From: Pseudomonadota bacterium
GTDB taxonomy: Bacteria > Pseudomonadota > Gammaproteobacteria > Burkholderiales > Burkholderiaceae_C
Reading direction: 5' to 3'
Assembly: GCA_023438115.1 (NCBI GenBank)
Contig: JAEZEB010000255.1
Coordinates: forward strand, 1 to 53,982
Length of the DNA: 53,982 nucleotides
Positions 11,317 to 21,523 of the stretch are shown here, piece by piece. A model generated the notes under the pieces. It worked only from the letters and a program-made list of their open reading frames with translations, had not been told where the DNA came from and searched no databases. Position 1 is the first letter of the stretch. Each line of letters opens with the position of its first letter. The position numbers were made by a program, and so were the translations under genes.

Positions 11317-13244
11317 GCGGCGGGCCGCAGGGCTGGCCCGTTCCGGGGCCGGTCTGGGGCGAATATCCGGAGAGGGCACGGCGCCCGCGCGATCGTGTGT
11401 CGCGCCGCGGCCGCCTGGGGCGCGCCGCTTTCGAGCGCTTCGCGGATGCGGCGGCTGCCGCGATTCCGATCGCAGGATCCGAACTGGCTACGCGCCTTGC
11501 CGCGCTGCGCGAGCGCAAGCCGGACGACGGCGCCTGGCTGCTCGAAGCGGTGGTCGTCGCGGCGTCCGCCTTCGCGCTTGCCACCGGCCGCGTGCCGCAT
11601 CGCCAGCAGCTTCTCGCCGCGCGCGTGCTGCTGGACGAGCGCCTCGCCGAGATGGCGACGGGCGAAGGAAAGACAGCTGCCATCGCGATCGCCGCGGCGG
11701 TCGCTGCTCTGGCCCGCACTCCGGTCCACGTCGTCACGGCCAACGACTATCTCGCGCAACGCGATGCCGACGCGCTGCGTCCGTTCTACGCGAGCCTCGG
11801 CCTGCGCGTCGACTGCGTGACGCAGCCCCTGCAGGCGGCGCAGCGCCGCCAAGCGTACGCGGCGGATGTCACGTACTGCACCGCCAAGGAACTGGCCTTT
11901 GACTACCTGCGTGACGCGGTGGCGCGACCGGCCGACCTGTCGCCGCTGGAGCAGAGGGCGCGGCGCATGGGCGGCACGCAGGAAACGCACACGCCTGTCA
12001 TGCGCGGCCTGTGCATGGCGATCCTCGATGAAGCAGACACCGTGCTGGTCGACGAGGCGCGCGTGCCCCTGGTGTTGTCACAGCTCGAAGGCTCCCTGGC
12101 TGAGGCCGATTTCTACCGCCAGGCGCTGGCCGTTGCACAGGGCCTCGTTGCGGGCGAGGACTTCCAGCCGCGCGGCGAGGGCCGCCAGTTCGCGCTGACG
12201 CCGCGCGGCCGCCAGCGCCTGGCCGCCTGGCCCGCCGCGGACCATCCGCTGCTCGGTCACCGCGCCCACCGCGAAGCCGCCGTGGAAACAGCCCTGGTGG
12301 CGCTGCACGTGCTGCAACGCGATCACGACTACGTGGTGCGCGAGGGCGAGGTGATGCTGGTCGACGAGACCACGGGGCGTGCCGCCCCGGGCCGCGCCTG
12401 GTCGGCCGGGCTGCACCAGCTGGTGGAGTGGAAGGAGGGCGTTCCTGCGTCCCGGCGCCACTCCACCATGACGCAGCTCACGTTCCAGCGCTTCTTTCCG
12501 CGCTACCTGCGGCTGGCGGGCGCGAGCGGCACCCTGGCCGAGGCCCGCGCCGAACTGCGCCAGGTGTATGGCCTCGCGGTGGTGGTCGTTCCGCGGCGCG
12601 TGCCCTGGGGCGTGGAGCGACTTCCGACGCGCCTGTTCGAGACGAGCGAGGTCCTCTGGCCCGCGGTCGCCGTCGAGGCGACACGGTTCGCAGCGGAGGG
12701 CCGCGCAGTGCTCGTAGGCACCGAGACGGTCGCCCAGTCCGAAGCCTTGTCGCGCGTGCTGGCGCAGCGCGGCGTGCCGCACCAGGTGCTGAACGCCCGC
12801 CAGGACGGCGAGGAGAGCCGTCTCATCGCCGCGGCCGGGGAGCCGGGGCGGATCACCGTCGCCACCAGCATGGCCGGCCGCGGCACGGACATCCCCTGCG
12901 ACCCCTCGGTGCTCGCGCGCGGCGGCCTGTACGTGATCCTCTGCCAGGTGAACGCATCGGCGCGCATCGACCGCCAATTCCTGGGTCGGGCGGGCCGGCA
13001 AGGCCAGCCCGGAAGCGTGCAGCGCCTGCTGGCCGCCGACTTCCCGGTGCTGCGGCGGTGGTGGCCGGCCTGGTTCCTGCGCGCCCTGGCCCGGCCCGGA
13101 TGCCCGTCTGTCGTGGTGGATGCAGCAGTTTCCCTAGCCCAACGCAGCGAATCCTTTACGCACCGCCATGCCCGTGTGAAACTCAGCCGTATCGCGGATT
13201 CCCTCGAACGCGAGTTGACGTTCAGCCGGCAGGTGCTGCAATGA
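11313..13244 (+). CDS. accessory SecA-family ATPase (NBD1/PPXD/NBD2 only, 643 aa)
   Basis: GTG 11313 overlaps upstream TGA; EMATGEGKT, HVVTANDYLAQRD, AFDYLRD, LDEADTVLVDEAR, VDETTGR, GLHQLVEWKEG, TSMAGRGTDI, RIDRQFLGRAGRQGQPG. Confidence 0.9.
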   Translation: MSGGPQGWPVPGPVWGEYPERARRPRDRVSRRGRLGRAAFERFADAAAAAIPIAGSELATRLAALRERKPDDGAWLLEAVVVAASAFALATGRVPHRQQLLAARVLLDERLAEMATGEGKTAAIAIAAAVAALARTPVHVVTANDYLAQRDADALRPFYASLGLRVDCVTQPLQAAQRRQAYAADVTYCTAKELAFDYLRDAVARPADLSPLEQRARRMGGTQETHTPVMRGLCMAILDEADTVLVDEARVPLVLSQLEGSLAEADFYRQALAVAQGLVAGEDFQPRGEGRQFALTPRGRQRLAAWPAADHPLLGHRAHREAAVETALVALHVLQRDHDYVVREGEVMLVDETTGRAAPGRAWSAGLHQLVEWKEGVPASRRHSTMTQLTFQRFFPRYLRLAGASGTLAEARAELRQVYGLAVVVVPRRVPWGVERLPTRLFETSEVLWPAVAVEATRFAAEGRAVLVGTETVAQSEALSRVLAQRGVPHQVLNARQDGEESRLIAAAGEPGRITVATSMAGRGTDIPCDPSVLARGGLYVILCQVNASARIDRQFLGRAGRQGQPGSVQRLLAADFPVLRRWWPAWFLRALARPGCPSVVVDAAVSLAQRSESFTHRHARVKLSRIADSLERELTFSRQVLQ

Positions 13245-14164
13245 AGAAATGGGCTCGTTGGGTGGTCTTCGCGGCCGGGTCGCTCCCTGCCGCGGTCCTT
13301 GCGCAGGCGCTCGGCTGCCTGATCGAGCCCTGGCGCGTTTCCGACGTCGGCTCGCCCGTCATCGGGGTGGTGGAGTCCACGCCGGCCGAACGCGGCCAGC
13401 GCGTGCAGGCCGGCCAGGTGCTCGCCACGCTGCGCGCGGACGTCGAACGCCAGACCCTCTCCGTCGCCCAGACCAAGGCCGAAGCCATGGGCGAACTGCG
13501 CGCCGCCGAAGCCAACGCCGAACTCGCCCGGCAGAAGTTCGCCCGCGCGAAGGACCTCGCCAGCCAGAACTTCATCTCCAGCCAGGCGCTGGAGCAGGCG
13601 CGCGCCGAAGCAGCGGTCGCGGAGAACCGACTCGCGCAAGCGCGCGAGCAGCGTGACGTCTACGCGCGCGAGCACGCGCTGGCGCAGGCGCAGCTGGGAC
13701 TGCGGACCATCCGCAGCCCGATCACCGGCGTCATCGTCGAGCGCTATCTCTCCGTGGGCGAGCGCGTCGAGGAAAAGCCCGTCTACCGCGTGGCGATGGT
13801 GCATCCGCTGCGCGTGGAGGTGGTGCTGCCGGCCCATGCCTACGGCGCGGTGCGCGAGGGCATGAAGGCGACGGTGGCACCGGACTTTCCCGGCGCGAAT
13901 CCGCGCGAGGCCAGGATCACGCTGGTCGACCGCGTGATCGACGGCGCGAGCAACACCTTCCGCGTCCGCCTGGAACTCCCGAACGCCGACCACGCGCTGC
14001 CCGCGGGCCTGCGCTGCACGGCGGACTTCGGTGGCGCGATCGCTCCGGCGCAGCCCGCGCGCCCGCCCGCGCCGCGCATCGCGCCGGCGGGTTTGAGCGA
14101 TGGCAACCCGCCGCGCCTGCAACTCGAGCCGGTGCGGGTGGAAGCACCGGGTCCCCGGTCCTGA
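13241..14164 (+). CDS. RND/HlyD periplasmic adaptor subunit with signal peptide
   Basis: ATGA overlap; MKKWARWVVFAAGSLPAAVLA-Q signal; GSPVIGVV..ERGQRVQAGQVLATL, IRSPITGVI, SNTFRVRLELPN. Confidence 0.88.
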   Translation: MKKWARWVVFAAGSLPAAVLAQALGCLIEPWRVSDVGSPVIGVVESTPAERGQRVQAGQVLATLRADVERQTLSVAQTKAEAMGELRAAEANAELARQKFARAKDLASQNFISSQALEQARAEAAVAENRLAQAREQRDVYAREHALAQAQLGLRTIRSPITGVIVERYLSVGERVEEKPVYRVAMVHPLRVEVVLPAHAYGAVREGMKATVAPDFPGANPREARITLVDRVIDGASNTFRVRLELPNADHALPAGLRCTADFGGAIAPAQPARPPAPRIAPAGLSDGNPPRLQLEPVRVEAPGPRS

Positions 14165-14177
14165 GGCGGAGGCGGGC

Positions 14178-17100
14178 GTGATCGACTGGTTGCGCAGCTT
14201 CCGTTCCGCTTCCCGTGCGCGCCATGCGCCGGTCGCCGAAGGCATGGAGCCGCGGCTGCTCTTTTCCGCCGACCTCGCCGGCGGCCTGCTGCTCGGCGCC
14301 GACGCCGCGGCCGGTGCCGAGCACCGCACCCTCACGGCGGCGGGGGAATACGCGAGTTCCGTAACGACGACGGCCGCGACGACCTACGCCGCACTGCCCA
14401 TGAGCTTCGAGGCGAACGCGGGGCAGGCGGGCGAGGGCATCGACTTCATTGCCCACGGCGGCGGCTACGGCATCGCGCTGGATGACGGCCATGCCTGGCT
14501 GGCGCTGGCCACCGAAAGCGGCGCGCGCACCGTGCAACTGCAACTGGTGGGCGCGCGCGAGGGCGTGCAGGCCGGAGGCGAAGGCCTGCTCGCGACGCGC
14601 AGCAACTACCTGGTGGGTGGCGAGGCCTCGCGCTGGGCGACCAACCTCGCGAACTACCAGGCGGTCGCCTACCGCGGCGTATACGACGGCATCGACGTGC
14701 GCTACTACGGCAACCAGCGGCAGCTGGAGTACGACTTCATCGTCGCCGCCGGCGCGGACGCGGGGCAGATCCGCTTGCGCTTCGACGGCGCGCAGGCGAG
14801 CCTGGATGCGAACGGCGACCTCCTGCTGCGCGTGGAGGGCACGGACAGCGAGCTGCGCTTCAAGGCGCCCGTGAGCTACCAGCGCGGCGACGACGGCGCG
14901 CTGCAGGCAGTGGCCAGCGCGTACGCGATCCACGCGGACGGCAGCATAGGCTTCGTCCTGGGCGCCTACGACCGCGGCCGCGAACTCGTGATCGACCCGG
15001 TGCTGGACTACGCCACCTACTTCGGCGGCGCGGCCAGCGAAATCGCCACCGACGTGGCCGTGGGCGCCGACGGCTTCGTCTACATCACCGGACGCACGAC
15101 CAGCGCCAGCTTCCCCGGCTTGGCCAACGAGCTTCCCGGCCAGGGCACGCGTGGCAACGGCGACATCTTCGTGGCCAAGCTCACGGCCGACCTGTCGCAG
15201 GTGGTCTGGTCCACGCGCATCGGGGGCAGCGCCGACGAACAGGCGAATGCGATCGCGGTCGATGCCAACGGCAACGTCGCCGTGACCGGCTGGACGAAAT
15301 CGACCAACTTCCCGACGCTCAACGCAGCGGACAGCACGATGGGCACGGGCCTCCTCGTTCCCGTGCAGGACGCGGTGATCTTCAAGCTGGATGCCGACGG
15401 CGGCCTCGTCTTCAGCACCTATTTCGGCGGCAACGAGGACACCGACTCGGGCAATGCCGTGGCTTTCGATGCCGCCGGCAACGTGTACGCCGCGGGCCAG
15501 GCGTCGTCGGGTGGGCTGGTTCTGCCGATCCTCTCGCCGCTGCTCGGAAGCTCGGACAACGCCTTCATCAACAAGTATTCGCCCACCGGCACGCTGCTGT
15601 ACGACCAGTTGCTGGGCGGCACGGGCGTGGACTATGCGACCGGCCTCGCAGTCGACGCCGCTGGGAACGCCTACGTGGTGGGCAGCACGCGATCCGGCAG
15701 CCTGGCGCTGAACTCGGACACGATCACCATGAACGGCGACGATGCCGGCCTGTCGGGCGCCGCCGACGGATTCCTCGTGCGCCTGGACGGCGCAGGCGAT
15801 TCCGTCTATGCCACCTTCGTGGGCGGCGGCGACAACGATGCGGCCACGGGCGTGGCGATCGCGGCGGACGGCCAGGTCTACGTGGTGGGCGAGACGCGGT
15901 TCCGCAACAGCGGCAACCTCACCACGACCACCGGTGCCTACCAGACGACGTCGAATGCCGACACCAACGACACCATCGGCTTCCTGCGGCTGTTCGACAC
16001 GAACCAGGACGGAGCGGGCTCGCTGCTGTATTCCACCTTGCTGGGGCATGAGGACGGCGACCGGCCGAGCGACGTGGCCGTGATGGACGGGCGGGCGGTG
16101 ATCGTCGGCCGTTCCAACTCGGACAGCTTCCCCACGACGACGGGCGCGGACAACGAGAACAACGCGCTGTTCGTGGTGGTGATCGATCCGGCGGGGCAGG
16201 GCAGCCTGGACCTCGTCCACGGCACCTTCCACGGCAAGGAGATGACGGCCGGCGGCGTGGCGGTGCACGGGCGCGAGGTGTACGTGTCCGGGGGCACGGC
16301 GGAAGCCGGCCACGCCATGCCGGGCGCGCACCAGGGCACGCCGTCCAACACCGACGCGCTGGTGGCCGCCTTCAACATGAACACAGCCCCCGTGCTGGTG
16401 GGGGTGAACGCGCCGGGCGCGGTGGAGGAGGACAGCGGGCGCACGTCGATCACCGTGGCCGGCCTGCTTGACGCCACCGATGCGGATGGCGACGTCGCGG
16501 GCATCGCGATCACGGGCCTGGATGCCACGCGCGGCACCTGGCAGTACACGCTGGACGGCAGCACCTGGATCGACATCGGCGCTGTCTCGGCCGGGGCCGC
16601 ACTGCTGCTGCCGGCCGACGGCATCGCCCGGATCGGCTTCACGCCCAATGCGGACTACAGCGGCACGATCGCGCAGGCGCTGAGCTTTCGCGCCTGGGAC
16701 CGGTCGGCGGGAACGGCCGGGACGCGTGTGGACACCACGCGCAACGGCGGGAGCACGGCGTTCAGTGCGGACACGGGTTCGTTCGACATGGTGGTGACGC
16801 CGGTGAACGATGCGCCGGTCGCCGTGCTGGATCGCTTCACCATCCTGGAAGACGAGAAGCTCGTCATCGCGCCTGGGGATCTGTACGGAAACGATGTCGA
16901 TGCCGAAGGCGCGCAACTGTCCATCGTCAGCGTGGGCGGCGCGAGCGGCGGCACCGTGCGCCTCAACGGCAACGGCATCAACGGCACCATCCACTTCGAT
17001 CCGGATCCCGACTTCCACGGAACGGCCAGCTTCACGTATGTCGTCAGCGACGGGGTGAACGAGGCGACCGGGACGGTGATCATCCGCATCCTTCCGGTCA

Positions 17101-19031
17101 ACGAGGCGCCGACCACGAGTCCGGTCGTGCTTCCCGACGTGGAGGAAGACGGCAGCCTGGTCATCACGCCTGGCGAGTTGCTGCAGAACGCAGCCGACGC
17201 GGAGGGCGATGCGCTGGCCATCACCAGCCTGAGCGCGAGCAACGGTACCGTGACCCTGAATGGCGACGGCACCTGGACTTTCCGTCCGGCTGCCGACTAC
17301 CACGGCAGCGTGACTTTCACGTACGGGATCACCGACGGCACCGCGACGGTGAGCGGCTCCGCGTCGCTGACGGTGACGCCGGTGAACGACGCGCCCACCA
17401 CGAGTCCCGTGACACTGGCGGACGTGGCGGAGGACGCCAGCCTCGTCATCGCGCCGGCCGACCTGCTGCGGAACGCCGGTGACGTGGATGGCGACGCGCT
17501 GGCAGTCACCGGCTTGAGCGCCAGCAACGGCAACGTGACCGCCAACGGCGACGGCACCTGGACCTTCCGTCCGGCCGCGGACTTCCACGGCGCGGTCACG
17601 TTCACGTACACGATCTCCGATGGAACGGCCGACGTGGCGGGCTCGGCCTCGCTGGTGGTGACTCCGGTGAACGATGCACCGACCAGCACGCCGGTCATGC
17701 TGGCGGACCTGGAGGAGGACGGCGCGCTGGTGATCACCCCCGCCGACCTGTTGCGGAACGCGGCGGACGTCGACGGCGATGCGTTGGCGGTCACGGGCCT
17801 GACGGCCAGCAACGGCACCGTCACCGCCAACGGCGATGGCACCTGGACTTTCCGCCCGGACGCGAACTTCCACGGCAACGTCACGTTCACCTACGGCATC
17901 AGCGACGGCAGGGCCACGACGGCGGCCACCGCGGACCTGACCGTCACGCCGCTCGACGACGCCCCGGTCGGCAACGCCGACCAGCTCGCCACGGATGCAG
18001 GCCGGCCGCTCACCATCGCCCCCGGCGCACTGGTCGCCAACGACACCGACGTGGAAGGCAGTCCGCTCTTCGTGTCCGCCGTGACGGCCGGCACGGGCGG
18101 AACCGTGACGCTCAACGCGGACGGCAGCATCACCTTCCGCCCGGATGCGGGCTTCGCGGGCACCGCCGGCTTCACGTATACCGTGAGCGACGGGTCTCTC
18201 GCCACCGTGGTGCCCGTGGCGATCGACGTGGCCGCACTGCCGGAAGCGCCTTCGCCCCCTGGCGGCACGGAGCCGACCCCGCCCGCACCACCTCCGACAC
18301 AAGAGCCGGAAGTGCCGGTCCCCGCGCCGCCTCCAGCCGCGGAAAGCCCGGCGCCCGCTCCCGTGGAAAGCGGTGCCGCATCCGCGATTCCGCCGGTGAC
18401 TGCCGCACCGGCCGCACCGGCCGCGCAACCGGAAGGCGAGAGCGCGACGGCGCAACGCGCGCCGCGGCCGACGCCGTCGTTGCAGGAAGCGCTGGGCCCG
18501 GCGCCTGAATCGCCGATCGCCACCCTCAACGCGAGCGCGATGTCCTTTGGCGCGCCGGCCGCGCGGCTGGCCTTGCAGGCCGAGGGCGGCCGGGTGGTGG
18601 ACAGCGTGGTCTTCGACCGCGCGGGCCTGCAGCTGATCGCGGCGCAGGGCACCGATTTCGCGCTGGCGCAGTTCGGCATCGAGAGCCGCTCGGGAGCCTC
18701 GCACCTCGCGGAGTTCCAGCGTTCGATCCGCTCACCCGCGTTCGAGCAGGAGTTGGACCGCCTGCGCGAAGCGGTGCGCGAGGAGCTCGATTTCGACAAG
18801 TCGGTGACGATCTCCGTCGTCAGCGTCTCTCTGGGCCTGTCCTTCGTCTACGTGCTGTGGCTGATCCGCGGCGGCGTGCTGCTCGGAAGCTATCTCTCGG
18901 CGCTGCCCGCCTGGCGCATGCTCGACCCGCTGCCCGTGCTGGCGCGTTCGGACGAGGAAGGCGAAGAGGACGACGAACCCCTGGACGCGGACGGCCCCGG
19001 CAGCCGCCACACGCTGCGGGGCTTCGGATGA
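14178..19031 (+). CDS. large adhesin-like protein: LEPRxLL-type N-terminus, SBBP-type beta-propeller repeats, cadherin-like 95-aa repeats, Pro-rich linker, C-terminal TM anchor
   Basis: GGAGG RBS then GTG 14178; [41 protein letters not shown]; repeated AVDAxGNxYVxGxT; PVNDAP..EDG..D.DGD.L repeats; [26 protein letters not shown]. Confidence 0.85.
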   Translation: MIDWLRSFRSASRARHAPVAEGMEPRLLFSADLAGGLLLGADAAAGAEHRTLTAAGEYASSVTTTAATTYAALPMSFEANAGQAGEGIDFIAHGGGYGIALDDGHAWLALATESGARTVQLQLVGAREGVQAGGEGLLATRSNYLVGGEASRWATNLANYQAVAYRGVYDGIDVRYYGNQRQLEYDFIVAAGADAGQIRLRFDGAQASLDANGDLLLRVEGTDSELRFKAPVSYQRGDDGALQAVASAYAIHADGSIGFVLGAYDRGRELVIDPVLDYATYFGGAASEIATDVAVGADGFVYITGRTTSASFPGLANELPGQGTRGNGDIFVAKLTADLSQVVWSTRIGGSADEQANAIAVDANGNVAVTGWTKSTNFPTLNAADSTMGTGLLVPVQDAVIFKLDADGGLVFSTYFGGNEDTDSGNAVAFDAAGNVYAAGQASSGGLVLPILSPLLGSSDNAFINKYSPTGTLLYDQLLGGTGVDYATGLAVDAAGNAYVVGSTRSGSLALNSDTITMNGDDAGLSGAADGFLVRLDGAGDSVYATFVGGGDNDAATGVAIAADGQVYVVGETRFRNSGNLTTTTGAYQTTSNADTNDTIGFLRLFDTNQDGAGSLLYSTLLGHEDGDRPSDVAVMDGRAVIVGRSNSDSFPTTTGADNENNALFVVVIDPAGQGSLDLVHGTFHGKEMTAGGVAVHGREVYVSGGTAEAGHAMPGAHQGTPSNTDALVAAFNMNTAPVLVGVNAPGAVEEDSGRTSITVAGLLDATDADGDVAGIAITGLDATRGTWQYTLDGSTWIDIGAVSAGAALLLPADGIARIGFTPNADYSGTIAQALSFRAWDRSAGTAGTRVDTTRNGGSTAFSADTGSFDMVVTPVNDAPVAVLDRFTILEDEKLVIAPGDLYGNDVDAEGAQLSIVSVGGASGGTVRLNGNGINGTIHFDPDPDFHGTASFTYVVSDGVNEATGTVIIRILPVNEAPTTSPVVLPDVEEDGSLVITPGELLQNAADAEGDALAITSLSASNGTVTLNGDGTWTFRPAADYHGSVTFTYGITDGTATVSGSASLTVTPVNDAPTTSPVTLADVAEDASLVIAPADLLRNAGDVDGDALAVTGLSASNGNVTANGDGTWTFRPAADFHGAVTFTYTISDGTADVAGSASLVVTPVNDAPTSTPVMLADLEEDGALVITPADLLRNAADVDGDALAVTGLTASNGTVTANGDGTWTFRPDANFHGNVTFTYGISDGRATTAATADLTVTPLDDAPVGNADQLATDAGRPLTIAPGALVANDTDVEGSPLFVSAVTAGTGGTVTLNADGSITFRPDAGFAGTAGFTYTVSDGSLATVVPVAIDVAALPEAPSPPGGTEPTPPAPPPTQEPEVPVPAPPPAAESPAPAPVESGAASAIPPVTAAPAAPAAQPEGESATAQRAPRPTPSLQEALGPAPESPIATLNASAMSFGAPAARLALQAEGGRVVDSVVFDRAGLQLIAAQGTDFALAQFGIESRSGASHLAEFQRSIRSPAFEQELDRLREAVREELDFDKSVTISVVSVSLGLSFVYVLWLIRGGVLLGSYLSALPAWRMLDPLPVLARSDEEGEEDDEPLDADGPGSRHTLRGFG
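17094..17948 (+). repeat. three near-identical 285-bp (95-aa) cadherin-like tandem repeats, flanked by diverged units at ~16800 and ~17949
   Basis: P(V/L)(N/D)(E/D)AP unit starts at 17094, 17379, 17664 and 17949; shared GGCACCTGGAC(T/C)TTCCG core. Confidence 0.9.
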
Positions 19032-21523
19032 GGTTCCTCGGCACGCGCACCTACATCGCGCTGGGCCTCGTTTCCCTGGTGAGCACGGTGCTGCTGGCCG
19101 CTTCCTTCTTCGGCCTGGTGCCGGACCGCGAGGCCGCGGTGCGTGATGGCCGTGTCGCGCTCGCCGAGGCGCTGGCCGCCTCCAGCACGGCGATCCTGGG
19201 CAGCTCCGACCCGCGGCCGCTGGAGGAAGTGCTGCGCTTCGTGCAGAAGCGCAACCCTGACCTGCGCTCCGTCGGGCTGCGCACCCGCGATGGCCGCCTG
19301 GTCGTCGCGACCGGCGACCACGCCCGCGAGTGGGTGCCGATCGCCAGCGGCGGCGCGCGCGATGCGCAGATCCAGGTGAACCTGCAGGCCGGCGGCCAGC
19401 CTTGGGGGCAACTGGAGCTGCGCTTCGAGCCGCTGGTGCCGCACGGCCTCCTGGGCCTGTTGCAGACACCGCTGGTGCCGCTGCTGGCCTTCTGCTCCGC
19501 GCTGTGCTTCCTCGGCTTCCACGTCTACCTCACGCGCGTGCTGCGGCACCTCGATCCGAGCAAGGCGATCCCGGGGCGCGTGCGTTCGGCCCTCGATGCC
19601 CTGGCGGAAGGCCTGGTGGTGATCGACCGCAACCGCACCGTGGTGCTGGCGAACGAGGCCATCGTGCGCCTGCTGGGGCGCAGCAACGAGGCGCTCACGG
19701 GCACGCCCGTGGCGGCGCTGCCCTGGCTGGATGCGAACGGCGCGCCGCTCGCGCAGGAGGCGCAGCCGTGGTCCGCGGCGCTCGCCGAGGGCCGGGTGCA
19801 GCGCAACCTGCACCTGAAGCTGCAGGACACCGAGGGGCGCCTGCGCACCTTCAGCGTGGGCTGTTCGCCCGTGATCGCCGGCGGCGGCAAGCCCTCGGGC
19901 GCGCTGATCAGCCTCGAGGACATCACGCTGCTGGAGGAAAGCCGCGTCGAGCTGGCCGAAGCGAAGGACGAGGCCGAGGCCGCGAACCGTGCCAAGAGCG
20001 AATTCCTCGCCAACATGAGCCACGAGATCCGCACCCCGATGAACGCCATCCTGGGCTTCACGGAGCTGCTGCGGCGGGGCTTCGGCAAGAGCGAGCGCGA
20101 GTCCTCGCGCTACCTGGACACCATCCACCAGAGCGGGCGGCACCTGCTGGGCCTGATCAACGACATCCTCGACCTCTCGAAGGTGGAGGCGGGGCAGCTC
20201 ACGCTGGAGACGGTGTCCTGCGCGCCGCACGAGGTGGTGCAGGGCGCGCTGGCGGAACTCGGGCTCAAGGCGCGGGAGAAGGGCATCGCACTGTCGCTGC
20301 GCCTGCTGGGGTCCGTGCCCGAGCGCGTGCACTCGGACCCCGCGCGCATCCGGCAGGTGGTGCTGAACCTCCTGAGCAACGCCGTGAAGTTCACGCAGCA
20401 GGGCGGCGTGGAAGTGGTGCTGGCCTGCAGCGACGGCGTCTACACCGTGGAAGTGAGCGACACCGGGATCGGCATGGAACCCGCGCGCGTGGAGGCGATG
20501 TTCGATCCCTTCACGCAGGCGGACGCCTCCATCACGCGGCGCTTCGGCGGCACTGGCCTGGGGCTGGCCATCAGCCGCCGGCTGGCCCGCGCGCTCGGCG
20601 GCGACCTCACGGCGACCAGCCAGCCCGGCGTGGGCACGACCATGATCTTCAGCTTCGCCACCGGCGCGTTGGAAGACGTGCCCTTGCTGGATGCGGCCGC
20701 GCTCGCGCGGGCCGCGGAGGCGCCGGCGCCGTCGGGGCGCACACGCTGGAAGATCCCGTCGGCGCGGGTGCTGGTGGTGGACGACGGCGCGGAGAACCGC
20801 GAACTGATCTCGCTGGTGCTGACGGAGCATGGCCTGTGGATCGACGAGGCGGAGGATGGCCAGGTCGCCCTCGACAAGCTGGCGGCGCAGAGCTACGACC
20901 TCGTCCTCATGGACATGCAGATGCCGGTGGTCGACGGCTACACCGCCACGCGCGAGCTGCGCCGCCGCGGCCTGCAGCTTCCCGTGGTGGCGCTCACCGC
21001 GCACGCCATGAAGGGCTTCGAGGCGGAGGTGCTGGCGGCCGGATGCACCGCCTGCCTCACGAAGCCCGTCGACATCGACGCCTTGCTGCGCGAGGTGGCG
21101 CAGCTGCTGGGGGGCGAGGCCGTCGAGGCGCCGGCCGCGCACATCGCTTCGTTGTTCGTGGAGGAAGCGCAGGCATCGGGCGCGGAAGGTCCGATCCGCT
21201 CGCGCTTCGCCGGCAACCAGAAGCTGGTGCCCATCGTGCGCAAGTTCGCCGCGCGCCTGGAGCAGCAGCTGGCCGTGGCCCGCGAGGCGATGGAGGCGGG
21301 CGACCTGTCCGAGGTCGAGCGGCTGGCACACTGGCTGGCCGGCGCCGCCGGCACGGTCGGCTACGACGCCTTCACCGAGCCGGCGCTGGAGGTGGAGGCT
21401 GCCGCCAAGGCCGGCGACGCAGCGCTCGCCCAGGCGGTCCTGCAACGCCTGGTGCGCATGGGACGGCAGCTGGAAGTGCCGGCAGTGGCAATCAACGCAA
21501 CCATGGGCACAATCCAGCCATGA
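19028..21523 (+). CDS. membrane hybrid sensor histidine kinase (TM-periplasmic-TM, PAS, HisKA, HATPase, REC, Hpt)
   Basis: ATGA overlap with adhesin; [63 protein letters not shown]. Confidence 0.92.
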   Translation: MRFLGTRTYIALGLVSLVSTVLLAASFFGLVPDREAAVRDGRVALAEALAASSTAILGSSDPRPLEEVLRFVQKRNPDLRSVGLRTRDGRLVVATGDHAREWVPIASGGARDAQIQVNLQAGGQPWGQLELRFEPLVPHGLLGLLQTPLVPLLAFCSALCFLGFHVYLTRVLRHLDPSKAIPGRVRSALDALAEGLVVIDRNRTVVLANEAIVRLLGRSNEALTGTPVAALPWLDANGAPLAQEAQPWSAALAEGRVQRNLHLKLQDTEGRLRTFSVGCSPVIAGGGKPSGALISLEDITLLEESRVELAEAKDEAEAANRAKSEFLANMSHEIRTPMNAILGFTELLRRGFGKSERESSRYLDTIHQSGRHLLGLINDILDLSKVEAGQLTLETVSCAPHEVVQGALAELGLKAREKGIALSLRLLGSVPERVHSDPARIRQVVLNLLSNAVKFTQQGGVEVVLACSDGVYTVEVSDTGIGMEPARVEAMFDPFTQADASITRRFGGTGLGLAISRRLARALGGDLTATSQPGVGTTMIFSFATGALEDVPLLDAAALARAAEAPAPSGRTRWKIPSARVLVVDDGAENRELISLVLTEHGLWIDEAEDGQVALDKLAAQSYDLVLMDMQMPVVDGYTATRELRRRGLQLPVVALTAHAMKGFEAEVLAAGCTACLTKPVDIDALLREVAQLLGGEAVEAPAAHIASLFVEEAQASGAEGPIRSRFAGNQKLVPIVRKFAARLEQQLAVAREAMEAGDLSEVERLAHWLAGAAGTVGYDAFTEPALEVEAAAKAGDAALAQAVLQRLVRMGRQLEVPAVAINATMGTIQP

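Noticed and set aside
17094..17948. CRISPR array or non-coding repeat
   Set aside because: Repeats are 285-bp in-frame coding units without spacers, and there are no cas genes
13917..18704. 1595-aa minus-strand ORF and similar long antisense ORFs (e.g. 34094-37225, 18890-21607, 5018-7363)
   Set aside because: Shadow frames of real high-GC genes; no recognisable motifs and fully overlapped by well-supported plus-strand CDSs
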